From the NCBI GenBank assembly GCA_021782205.1, contig JAJXVH010000007.1:5514-69513 (forward strand): a stretch of DNA of 64,000 bases, given 5' to 3'. Position 1 is the first letter of the stretch, and every line of letters starts with the position of its first letter. This stretch comes from a bacterium. Lineage in GTDB: Bacteria; Elusimicrobiota; Elusimicrobia; UBA1565; UBA9628. The notes below the pieces were generated by a model that ran no database searches, was not told the origin of the DNA, and saw only the letters and a list, made by a program, of their open reading frames with translations. A program made the translations under genes and the position numbers. Shown here one piece after another: positions 54,740 to 63,603 of the stretch.

Positions 54740-55681
54740 TTATGACGACAGCTCGGGCGTCGTCACGGCGACGGCTTCGACTCCGGGAAGTCTTGCACCG
54801 TCCTCGGCGGTCAACTGCTCGGTCAGCCACGTCACGGGCTGGGGCTTGAAGGAGACCTCGACGAAGCTCCGGCATCCCGCAGCGTAGGCCGCGCGCACCG
54901 CGTCCAGGTGGCGCTCGCAGGCGACGGTCTGTTCGACGAGCAGTTCCCGGATGCGCGCGGGGTCCGTCTCCGCGCGGCCGGAGGTGCCCATGTACACGGG
55001 AACCTTCGGCGGCCGGACGTCCAGGCGCGCCAGCACGGCGCGCAGAGGGGCCTGCGCGGGCGCGAAAGCGGCGGTGTGATAAGGACCTTCCACCTTCAGT
55101 ATCTTGACCTTGACCGGCCAGTCCTCGGCGCGCGCCTTGGCGGCGTAGGCCTCCAGTGCTGCGAGCGTGCCGCCGAGCGTGCCGCGGCCCACGGTGTTCC
55201 ACAGGGCGACGGAGACCCCGGGAACCTCGCCGGCGGACTCCACGACGTCGCGGAAGTCGTCGGCGCTGACCGCGGCCAGGCCCATGGGCTCGGTAAACGC
55301 GGCGCAGCAGTCGGCGAAGGCCTTCGCGCGGGCGGCGATGAAGACGGCGGAGTCCTCGAGCGTGAGGCTCTCGGCGGCGACCAGGGCCGCGACCACGCCC
55401 ATCGAGTGGCCGATCGCGCCGTCGAGCTCCAGTTCCGGGTGCGCGGCGCGCCAGACCAGCCAGTGCGCCACGTGGGAGGCGTGGATGGCGCGCTGGGCGT
55501 TGAAGGTCTTGGCCAGGACGTCGTCGGGCGTCGTCGTGAGCAATGCCTCCAGATCTGGGCCGAGGGAGGGCTTTAGGCGCTCGATGACGGCGCGCGCGGC
55601 GGGGCGCTTGAGCAGTTCAACGCCCATGCCCGCTTCCTGGACGGACTGGCCGGCGAACAGCGCGCAGACTTTTTGGCTCAT
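54740..55681 (-). CDS. fabD: malonyl-CoA:ACP transacylase-like acyltransferase
   Basis: FAGQ, GHSMG, GPYHT; start ATG 55681. Confidence 0.85.
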   Translation of the reverse strand: MSQKVCALFAGQSVQEAGMGVELLKRPAARAVIERLKPSLGPDLEALLTTTPDDVLAKTFNAQRAIHASHVAHWLVWRAAHPELELDGAIGHSMGVVAALVAAESLTLEDSAVFIAARAKAFADCCAAFTEPMGLAAVSADDFRDVVESAGEVPGVSVALWNTVGRGTLGGTLAALEAYAAKARAEDWPVKVKILKVEGPYHTAAFAPAQAPLRAVLARLDVRPPKVPVYMGTSGRAETDPARIRELLVEQTVACERHLDAVRAAYAAGCRSFVEVSFKPQPVTWLTEQLTAEDGARLPGVEAVAVTTPELSS

Positions 55682-56628
55682 GGAGTTCCCGCGTCGAAGG
55701 ACTCCAGCGCGGAGCGCACGAGTCCCGGATTGGCGAGCGCGTCGAGGTGGTCGCCGGGCCAATGCGCGACGCTCACGCGCGCGCCCTCGGACTCCAGGCG
55801 CGCGACGCGGCTCAAGACGGCGGCCGGCGGTACGACCTGATCATTTTCGGCGTAACCGACGAACACGGGCACGCTGGGGTTGGGCGTGAATCCGCGCGTC
55901 TGTGCGTAGGCCCACAGCGACTCCTCGGTGTAGAGGTTGAGAAACTCGGGTGAAGCGGCGTCGGCGGTCAGTTCATCGGCGGCCGTCGAAAGCCCCAGCC
56001 CGCGCGCGGTCGCCGCCAGCTCCAGGACTCCGGGTGCCACGACCGACATCAGCCAGGAATCCCGCGCCGCGGTTCCGCCGGCGCTCGCCACGCCATACCA
56101 GTAGCGCGTCTGCGCGGCCAGCGCCTGCTCGGCGGCGGGCAGGTCGGCGGCCATGCCCGGCACGCCCGGGCAGACCAGCGCCAGCCAGCGCACTCGCGCC
56201 GGGTCCGGCGCGGTCAGCAGGAGCGCGCCCAAGGAGTAGCCAAGCACGCCGACGGGCTGTCCGCCGTCCAGGCGCAGGGCCTCGTCGACGGCCGCGGAGA
56301 TGTCGGCCTGATTGACCGCGCCCACGTCGGCCGCGTCGACCGGGCCGATCGGGGAGCCGTAGCCGCGCCGTTCCAGGATCATCAGCGGCCGCCCGTTAAA
56401 GAAATCCCGCCAGCGGTCGAAACCTTCGGCACCGATGCCGAGCCCGTGCACCAGCACGACGGCCGGGCCCGAGCCGGGCCGGTATTCGTAGGACAGCGGC
56501 GTGCCGTCCGCGGCCACGAACGTCCCCTGGCTCCATGACGGCGGCACGGGCGGCGCCTGGGGCAGCGCCACATTCCTGCCCGCACCCGGAAAAACCGCCA
56601 GCGCCGCGGCCAGGAAGGCCTCGTTCAT
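55678..56628 (-). CDS. alpha/beta hydrolase
   Basis: LVHGLG, RRGYG, GYSLG nucleophile elbow, late Asp and His. Confidence 0.8.
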   Translation of the reverse strand: MNEAFLAAALAVFPGAGRNVALPQAPPVPPSWSQGTFVAADGTPLSYEYRPGSGPAVVLVHGLGIGAEGFDRWRDFFNGRPLMILERRGYGSPIGPVDAADVGAVNQADISAAVDEALRLDGGQPVGVLGYSLGALLLTAPDPARVRWLALVCPGVPGMAADLPAAEQALAAQTRYWYGVASAGGTAARDSWLMSVVAPGVLELAATARGLGLSTAADELTADAASPEFLNLYTEESLWAYAQTRGFTPNPSVPVFVGYAENDQVVPPAAVLSRVARLESEGARVSVAHWPGDHLDALANPGLVRSALESFDAGTP

Positions 56629-56670
56629 GCCTCTATTCTACCTCAATCCCGGGCCCCGCGTTCCGCGCGC

Positions 56671-58077
56671 CTACGAGACCATGAAGGCGCAGGCGGCGTA
56701 GCGGCCGGAGTGCGACAGGGTCAGGCTCCAGTCCTGGGGCTTGCCGCGCCAGAGGACGGTCGGCAGGCCGCCGTCCTCGGAGAGGGCGAGGGCGGCGGGG
56801 CCGCCCAGTTCGTCGTTGCAGGAGGCGATGAACTCCAGCGCGCGCTCGCGGGCGAACGCGCCGGGGGAAACTCCGGGCGGCACCTCGCAGATGTCCCAGA
56901 CCACATCGCCCTCGGCGGTTTCGTCGCCGATGAAGCCGCCGCGCAGGACGGCCAGGCAGTGAAGCTTGTCCTCATCGTCGTCGGTGAAGCGCAGGTCCAA
57001 CAGAAGCCCGGTGGGGACGTGGACGGCCTTGCGGCGGAACAAGTCGACCTCCAACTCGCGAAACGCGCCGTTGGGCATGGTCAGCCCCGCGCGCGCCAAG
57101 GCCTTGTGGCATGCCTCCTTGGCGGCGAAAACGCGCCAGAAGGTGCGGAAAAAATCCGCGCCGGACTTGGCGCGCAGGCCCGCCAGTTCTCGGGGCGTCA
57201 GGTGGCGCTCCAGCCACTCCGGATCGGCGTCGGACAGGTCTTCGGAGAAATTCTCCTGGAGCAGGGGCGCTTTCAAGTCGACGGCGTCGTTGCCCGCGCA
57301 ATTCTTGGGGTGGGGGCAGTCGCGCCACCACTCGTTCTGCAGCGCGGCGATGCGGTCGAACAGGCGCTGGGAGACCTCGCGCGGGTTCGTCTCACCGGGG
57401 CGCGCGCCCTCGATCAGGTCGCAGTGCACGCGAAACACGGAGCCTTCGGGCGGGCGCACCGTGGTGGCCAGCTGTTCGTCGGCGCGCAGATAGACGCACA
57501 GAATTTTCGCGTTGGGCACATCGAGAGCCATGCGGCCGAGAAAATCCTTCGGGCGGCGCGCCTCGAACCAGCCGGAGCGCGAGCGGCCAGCCTCTGGATA
57601 GACGAACACTGAGCCGCCCTGGCGCAGGAGCCAGACGCATTTGTCGTAGGCTTTCTGTCGCCAGGCTTCGGAGGCCGCGTCCTCACCGCCGCGCAGGAAC
57701 GGCACGCAGCGGCAGCAGTAGAGGAGCGCGCGGATGAAGCCCGCCTTGAAGGGACCGCCCAGCTTGTAGTAGTTCGTGTACTCGGGCGTGGACCATGGGA
57801 TTAGACGGTCTTCCAGCACTCGCGACATGGGAAAGATCGCCCAATAGACCAGGAAGGAGTCGATCAAGGTTAGGTGGTTGGCCGCCCAAATGACCGGGCC
57901 GTCATGCGCGTCAAGCTTGGCCCATATCTCCGTGCGCAGGCGCGCGGCGTCTGCCAAGCCGTAGCGAAAACGAAGCCGCGCGGTCGCCGCCACGAAAAAA
58001 GACAGCGGAACGGCGACCGCGCGGCTGATCAGACGCTGGCGCCGGAGGTTTTTAAGGTCCTCGGGCGTCAGCGCCAT
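56671..58077 (-). CDS. PlsC-type acyltransferase fused to 4'-phosphopantetheinyl transferase
   Basis: NHLTLID (HX4D), YPEAGRS; then GNDAVDL, FAAKEACHKA, LSHSGRYA. Confidence 0.8.
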   Translation of the reverse strand: MALTPEDLKNLRRQRLISRAVAVPLSFFVAATARLRFRYGLADAARLRTEIWAKLDAHDGPVIWAANHLTLIDSFLVYWAIFPMSRVLEDRLIPWSTPEYTNYYKLGGPFKAGFIRALLYCCRCVPFLRGGEDAASEAWRQKAYDKCVWLLRQGGSVFVYPEAGRSRSGWFEARRPKDFLGRMALDVPNAKILCVYLRADEQLATTVRPPEGSVFRVHCDLIEGARPGETNPREVSQRLFDRIAALQNEWWRDCPHPKNCAGNDAVDLKAPLLQENFSEDLSDADPEWLERHLTPRELAGLRAKSGADFFRTFWRVFAAKEACHKALARAGLTMPNGAFRELEVDLFRRKAVHVPTGLLLDLRFTDDDEDKLHCLAVLRGGFIGDETAEGDVVWDICEVPPGVSPGAFARERALEFIASCNDELGGPAALALSEDGGLPTVLWRGKPQDWSLTLSHSGRYAACAFMVS

Positions 58078-58980
58078 TTAAGCGAGCGTCTGGGCCGCGG
58101 AGACGGCCTCCTGGAGGGCTTTGCGGACTTCGGCGACCTTCTGCTCCTCGATGGGGCGGCGCCGGCCGGCGGCCTCGGCCACGTCTTTGGAGACGCGCAG
58201 CTTCGCCGCGGACATCTTGAGGCGGGTGCGGACTTCGGCTTCCTCGGTGCGCAGTTTGGCAATGGCGGCGGCGTCGCCGCCGGAGGCGTGGCCCTTGATC
58301 TTGTCGAGCACGACGTTGAGTTCGTTGTCGAGAGCATCGCAGGAGGCCTTATCGTTCAGGTAGGTCTTCTGCTTGGCGGCGGAGAGTTTCGCCGCGTCAG
58401 CCAGCAGGGCGTCGTAGTCCCGCGCTTGCGCGGCGAGAGCCTTGACGTTGGCAATCGCGTCGGCGCGCTCCGTGCCCACAAGCTTTTCGGCCTTCGCGGT
58501 CATCTTCTTGAGCGCGTCGGCCATCTTCCAGCCGTCGCCGCAAGCCATGATGTAGGCAAACGAGACGACTTTATCGAGATACGACGCAGAGGACGGCATA
58601 TGGCCCAGATCCATGAGCATCTTGACCGACAGGCCCGGCGTCGCGGCGAGCGCGTCCTGGCCGTCGAGGATGCGCAACTTGCCCAGTTCTCCGGGGGCCA
58701 GCTTGTACTCGGCCGAGCCGTCCGTGACGGGGATCTTGGTGGTGAGCTTGGTCAGGAACTGGCGTTCGATGGACATGGTGATGTCGGCCAGGTTCGACGA
58801 CTCGATGCCCATGCCGATGATTTGGCCCAGGTAAGGCGTGTTGCCGTCGGCCTGGGCGAAGTTCGCCTCGTTGGTGGCGTACTTTTTGACGCCCGCCGTG
58901 ATCCGCTTTTCCACCTCGTCGGGGGGCAAAGTGTTGATGTCCGTCGCCTCGATGACCGCCTGTTTGCGCATGAATGCCAT
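58078..58980 (-). CDS. hypothetical protein with coiled-coil C-terminus
   Basis: 300 aa, strong codon bias, AGGAGG RBS and TATAAT upstream. Confidence 0.75.
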   Translation of the reverse strand: MAFMRKQAVIEATDINTLPPDEVEKRITAGVKKYATNEANFAQADGNTPYLGQIIGMGIESSNLADITMSIERQFLTKLTTKIPVTDGSAEYKLAPGELGKLRILDGQDALAATPGLSVKMLMDLGHMPSSASYLDKVVSFAYIMACGDGWKMADALKKMTAKAEKLVGTERADAIANVKALAAQARDYDALLADAAKLSAAKQKTYLNDKASCDALDNELNVVLDKIKGHASGGDAAAIAKLRTEEAEVRTRLKMSAAKLRVSKDVAEAAGRRRPIEEQKVAEVRKALQEAVSAAQTLA

Positions 58981-59038
58981 ATGGTTCGATCCTCCTGTCT
59001 TGCGTGATTATATTATTTCTTGCATGCTTCGGGATCGG

Positions 59039-59977
59039 CTATGAAGAAAAATCGAGCAGCAATGGCGTGGTGCAGACGCGCGATCCGAGCGCTTGGCCAT
59101 CTTTCCGGATACGGACGACATTGTCTTCGATCCGAAGCTCGTTGCCGGCGCGTAAATTCTTGAGAAAATAATAGTCGCGCAGAGTCGGGGAAAAGCGCAT
59201 GGCATTGTATTGAAGACGGTTCCTGCCATCCATCGCGCCTTCGAAGGAGGCGCAATGACCGTTATCGAAATAGAGGACGACCCCGCGTAGGGCCCGTTGC
59301 AGCCGTTGCGCCAGGTCGGGAGCGATCGACTCTATGAATTGGAAGAGCGCGTTCCCTCTGGAAAGGCTTTGAGCGCAGTCGTAGCTGCAGGGGTGCCACG
59401 GCAGAATATGAATCTTGGTTATGAAATTTACCGCGCCGCTGGCCGCCTGTACGCGTCCAGCGGTGTTGTAGGCATTATTGACAACAAACGAATGGGCGGT
59501 TGCCTGGCGAGTGTTGGCCTGAATGAGGGGAATTAGGTCTCCGACATGATCGGAATTATTAAATTTTAAAAAAAGCTTGACGCAACATCTTGGATAGCCC
59601 AAAAGCGAAAACATCTCCGGGCTTTCGCAGTCCGAAGCCCGTAGTGCCGCGGCTTGCCGAATCAGTATTTTTTGTTTTGAGAACATGATCTGTGCCAGAT
59701 CACCTGAACGTGGGGCCGGAACATGCTCGAATTTTAATCCAAAAAAACCAGCGACCTTGGCGCAGTAGGCCAAATAGCTCGGTTCAAGAGGGCCGACGTT
59801 GATGTAAGCGACAGGCTTTAGGCCGGAGAGGATCGCCAAGACGTCTATGAGAAATAAATCCGGATAAGCGCAATCCAGAAACGCGCCATTGTGCCGCTTG
59901 AATCGAATGACTAATGGATCAAACGGTTTCTCGGATCCTCTATCTCCGGGAAAAAGAGGCTTTTGATCCAAGATCAA
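59039..59977 (-). CDS. DUF483-like protein
   Basis: LLGYPRCCV and WHPCSYDC motifs; TTG start overlapping the fabF stop; lower GC. Confidence 0.6.
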   Translation of the reverse strand: MILDQKPLFPGDRGSEKPFDPLVIRFKRHNGAFLDCAYPDLFLIDVLAILSGLKPVAYINVGPLEPSYLAYCAKVAGFFGLKFEHVPAPRSGDLAQIMFSKQKILIRQAAALRASDCESPEMFSLLGYPRCCVKLFLKFNNSDHVGDLIPLIQANTRQATAHSFVVNNAYNTAGRVQAASGAVNFITKIHILPWHPCSYDCAQSLSRGNALFQFIESIAPDLAQRLQRALRGVVLYFDNGHCASFEGAMDGRNRLQYNAMRFSPTLRDYYFLKNLRAGNELRIEDNVVRIRKDGQALGSRVCTTPLLLDFSS

Positions 59978-61287
59978 CGGCCATCCCAGCGTTTGAAGAG
60001 CAGGCAGCCGTTGACGTCGCCGAAGCCGAAGCTGGCCTTGATCACGTATTCCAATTCCTTGACCTTCATTTCGTGGGGGATGCTGGCGCCGATGGGGATT
60101 TGAGGATGAACGTTCTCGGAGTTGATCGACGGATGCACGTAGCCGTGGACCAGCTGGTCGATCGCGGCGACGGACTCCAAAGCGCCGGCGGCGCCCAGGG
60201 TGTGGCCGATCATGGATTTCGTGGACTGGATCAGCGGGAACTGGTCCAGCGGCAGTTCCAGCGCCTTGATCCAAGAGCCGACTTCGCGCGGGTCCGCGCC
60301 GGTGGAGGTCAGATGGCCGTTGATTAAAGAAATGCGCTTGGGGTCCACGCCGGAGTCCTTGAGCACGCGTCGGATGCAGCGCGCCACGCCGTCCGGGTTG
60401 GGAAAGGTCATGGTGCCGCCGTCGCGCTGGCCGCCGGAGTTGCAGTAGGCGGCGACCAGTTCGACGAGAATCTTGGCGCCGCGCTTCTGCGCGTGCTCCA
60501 AGGTCTCCAGGCGCACCACGCCAGCACCCCCGGCCGGCACGAAGCCGCAGGCGCCGGCACCCATGGGCTGGGAGCCTTTCTCGGGCATGTCGTTGAACTT
60601 GGAGCACAGCACGTCGCGCATGGCGTCGAAGCCCGACCAGGTGCCCGCGTGCGTGCCCTCGGCGCCGCCCGCGTACATGGACTCCGAATAGCCCATCTGG
60701 AGATGCTTGAAGGCCTCGAAGATGGCCTCCGTGCCGGTGTTGCACGCGGAGGAGTTCGTCGTGGTCTGGCCGCCCAGGCCCAGGAACTTGCCCACCGCGA
60801 CGGAGACGGAGCTTTCCATGATCTTGGGCACGATGTCGGTGCCCATCGGGCGCGCGCCCAGGCCCGGGTCCTGCGTGCCGGCGGCGCACAGCACGGGGGC
60901 CATCTCGTCGCACAAAGTGTCCATGCCGCCGATGCCGCAGCCGATGATCGCTCCGGTGTCCCAGTCCACGGGCGTGTCCTGGTAGCCCTTCTTGAGATCG
61001 ACGCCCACGCCCGACATGCGCGCGGCCTCGACGGCGGCCATCGTCGCGTAGACCATGGCTTCGTTGAGCTTGGCCAGATCCGCCTCGGGGATCAGCGCCT
61101 CGGCCTCATCGGGCCCGACCGGCGGCTTGCCGCCGATCTGACAGGCGAAGTTCAAGGCCTTGAGCTCCTCGTGATGGGAGATGCCGGACTTGCCAGCCTT
61201 GAGCGCGGCGCGGTACGCGTCCAGGCCCAGGCCGTTGGGCGCGACGACGCCCAGGCCCGTGACGACGATTCGTTTCGGAAAGCTCAA
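59974..61287 (-). CDS. fabF: beta-ketoacyl-ACP synthase (FabF/FabB family)
   Basis: IVVTGLG, SSAC, NGHLTST, KSMIGHTLGAAG, SFGFG (Cys-His-His triad). Confidence 0.9.
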   Translation of the reverse strand: MSFPKRIVVTGLGVVAPNGLGLDAYRAALKAGKSGISHHEELKALNFACQIGGKPPVGPDEAEALIPEADLAKLNEAMVYATMAAVEAARMSGVGVDLKKGYQDTPVDWDTGAIIGCGIGGMDTLCDEMAPVLCAAGTQDPGLGARPMGTDIVPKIMESSVSVAVGKFLGLGGQTTTNSSACNTGTEAIFEAFKHLQMGYSESMYAGGAEGTHAGTWSGFDAMRDVLCSKFNDMPEKGSQPMGAGACGFVPAGGAGVVRLETLEHAQKRGAKILVELVAAYCNSGGQRDGGTMTFPNPDGVARCIRRVLKDSGVDPKRISLINGHLTSTGADPREVGSWIKALELPLDQFPLIQSTKSMIGHTLGAAGALESVAAIDQLVHGYVHPSINSENVHPQIPIGASIPHEMKVKELEYVIKASFGFGDVNGCLLFKRWDGR

Positions 61288-61772
61288 TTTCCCTCCGTGT
61301 TCTTCGGCACGAACATGCCGGCGGTGGTGCCGATAAAGACGGTCTCCCCGTCCTTCGGTCCGCCGTGGAACTGAATTTCGACTTCGCTGACCAATTTGTT
61401 GCCGCGGAAATAACCCGCGTCGCCGAAGGTCGCCTGCGCGATCACGCGCTCGCCCGGGCGCACTGGCTTTTTAAAGACGGCTTTTTCAACCGAGGTGAAG
61501 AAGCCCACCAACTGGCTGATCTCCGCGGGGCTGACGGTCTTGGCGATGTGGTAGATGCACCAGCCGACCGAACCCACCTGCGCGGCCATCTCGATGAGCT
61601 TGACGCCCGGCACCACCGGGTAGCCGGGGAAGTGCCCGTCGCAATCCTCGTCCTTCCACGTGTAGGTGCCGAGGATGTGCTCGTCATCGAGCTCCAGGAT
61701 GTTGTCGACGAAGCGCATGGGACGCTGCTGGGGGATCATCTTCAAGACTTCGGCGGGGCTCAGGATGGTCAT
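61284..61772 (-). CDS. fabZ: 3-hydroxyacyl-ACP dehydratase, FabZ family
   Basis: IPQQRPMRFVD, GHFPGYPVVPGVKLIEMAAQ. Confidence 0.85.
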   Translation of the reverse strand: MTILSPAEVLKMIPQQRPMRFVDNILELDDEHILGTYTWKDEDCDGHFPGYPVVPGVKLIEMAAQVGSVGWCIYHIAKTVSPAEISQLVGFFTSVEKAVFKKPVRPGERVIAQATFGDAGYFRGNKLVSEVEIQFHGGPKDGETVFIGTTAGMFVPKNTEGN

Positions 61773-62497
61773 TAGAGGTGCATGCCTCCGTCCACGGCGA
61801 TCACGGCGCCGTTGAGGTATTGGTTTTCGACGGCGTGCCACACGGTCTCGGCCACGGCCTCGGGCGAGCCGAAGGCGCCGAGGGCCACGTCCTTTTTGAT
61901 GCCCGCGCGCTGGTCTTCGGGGATGCCCGCGGTCATGGCGGTCTCGATGAAGCCGGGGGCCACGGCGACCACGCGCAGGCCCTTGGGGCCCAGCTCCGCG
62001 GCGAACTGGAGCGTGAGCGCCTCCAGCGCGGCCTTCGAGGCGCGATACAGCGCGGAGCCGACCACGGCCTTGCGCGCCAGCACCGAGGAGATGTTGACGA
62101 TGACGCCGGCCTCGTTGCGCGCCATCTCCTTGGCGAAGTCGCGCATCAGGAACAACGGCGCCTTGAGGTTGGTGCTGATGAGTTTATCGAAAGAGGCTTC
62201 GTCGACCATCAGCGCCGGTTCGTGCGGTTTGTCGATGCCGGCGTTGTTGATCAGGCAGAACGGCGAGCCTTTGGCCAGCACGGCGTCCAGGAGAGCCTTG
62301 CGGCCTTCGCCGGTGGAGAGATCGGCCTTCACCAGGAAGGATCCCGGGATGTCCGCCGCGACCGCCTTGGCCGCGGCCTCGTTGCCGTTGTAGTGAATGC
62401 AGACGGTCAACTGGCCGTCTGATTTGGCGTGGATCATCCTCGCGATCGCCGCGCCAATCCCGCCCGAGCCTCCCGTCACCACCGCGATGTCGGCCAT
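61772..62497 (-). CDS. fabG: 3-oxoacyl-ACP reductase (SDR)
   Basis: TGGSGGIG, NNAG, YRASK, PGFIETAM, VDGG. Confidence 0.85.
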   Translation of the reverse strand: MADIAVVTGGSGGIGAAIARMIHAKSDGQLTVCIHYNGNEAAAKAVAADIPGSFLVKADLSTGEGRKALLDAVLAKGSPFCLINNAGIDKPHEPALMVDEASFDKLISTNLKAPLFLMRDFAKEMARNEAGVIVNISSVLARKAVVGSALYRASKAALEALTLQFAAELGPKGLRVVAVAPGFIETAMTAGIPEDQRAGIKKDVALGAFGSPEAVAETVWHAVENQYLNGAVIAVDGGMHL

Positions 62498-62499
62498 GG

Positions 62500-63603
62500 T
62501 TATTCCTTAATTTTGAGTTTGCCGCCGAAGCCCATCTCGGAGGCCGCCGGATAGTCCGCGTAGCGGATATTCTTGTGACAGCCCACGTTGGCGTTGGCGC
62601 AGGACAGTATCCGGCGGCCGCCCGCGAAAACCTCCGCGTCGGCGCGCACGAACACGTCGCCGTTGGGCGCGCGTACGGACTTGAGTATGCGCAGGCGGTA
62701 ATCGATGCGAGCGTCGCGCGGCGTCACCTCGCCGAAGAAGTCCACTCGCTCGAAGCCCAGCGCCCGGCCGGTGCCCGCGGAGCCGGACCAGGCGTGGTAG
62801 ACGCCCATCAGCTGCCACACGCCGTCGACCAGCAGGGCCGCGGGTTTGACTCCGCCGTTCATCGGATAAAACCATTCGTCGGGTCCGTTGGCGCGCGTGG
62901 CCAGCACTTCGCCCTCGCCGGTGGCGGGATCGGCGACGATGCGGCGCACATCGGTGACCTCCAGCATTAGTGAATCGGGCAGAAGCGGCATCTCGGCGGG
63001 GGGGTCTTGGACCAATGTGCCGCGTGAGAGCGCGGTGACTTCCGGCGCGGAGAACGCGGCGCGGCGCGAGAATTCCGCCCAGGTCAGCGGCGCGCGATAG
63101 GGAGCCGTCAAGGCGTCCGGCAGGACGGGTGCCGCGGCGGGCTCGCCCTCCCAGAACGCCGTACCCGCTTGGGCCGCGTCGATGGTGTAGACCGGCATGC
63201 CGTCGACGCTCACGCCGGCCTTGGCCGTGATCAAGGATTCGTCTCCATCGCGCTCGATGGAGAGCACGTCGACCGTGTACATGACCTCTTTGTCGTGGGG
63301 CCGTATTTGCCCGAAGAAGGACACGCCTTCCATGCTCAGCGGCTTGAAGTTGCCGGACAGGCCGCGCCACGCCGCGAACAAGCGCAGGGCCTGCCACACG
63401 CCGTCAAGCCCCCAGCAGCCCGGCATCACCGGGTCGCCCAAAAAATGGCAGGCGTAGAACCAGTCGTCGTAGCGGTTGCGCCGCACCGCCTCGATGCGCC
63501 CCGTGCCGGCCGCCTCGTCCCAGCGGACAAGGCGAATTTCGTGGAACGGACGCAGCAGTCCCGTCGGCAGGATGGATAAATCCGGCGCGGCGTCGACCGT
63601 CAC
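62500..63603 (-). CDS. tandem FabA-type dehydratase/isomerase didomain protein
   Basis: WFYACHFLGDPVMPGCWGLDGVWQ in domain 1; second copy WFYPMNGGVKPAALLVDGVWQ...GTGRALG. Confidence 0.82.
   Translation of the reverse strand: MTVDAAPDLSILPTGLLRPFHEIRLVRWDEAAGTGRIEAVRRNRYDDWFYACHFLGDPVMPGCWGLDGVWQALRLFAAWRGLSGNFKPLSMEGVSFFGQIRPHDKEVMYTVDVLSIERDGDESLITAKAGVSVDGMPVYTIDAAQAGTAFWEGEPAAAPVLPDALTAPYRAPLTWAEFSRRAAFSAPEVTALSRGTLVQDPPAEMPLLPDSLMLEVTDVRRIVADPATGEGEVLATRANGPDEWFYPMNGGVKPAALLVDGVWQLMGVYHAWSGSAGTGRALGFERVDFFGEVTPRDARIDYRLRILKSVRAPNGDVFVRADAEVFAGGRRILSCANANVGCHKNIRYADYPAASEMGFGGKLKIKE

Noticed and set aside
59978-60913. N-terminal half of the 624-aa ORF 59039-60913
   Set aside because: Out-of-frame shadow of fabF; only the part from TTG 59977 looks coding
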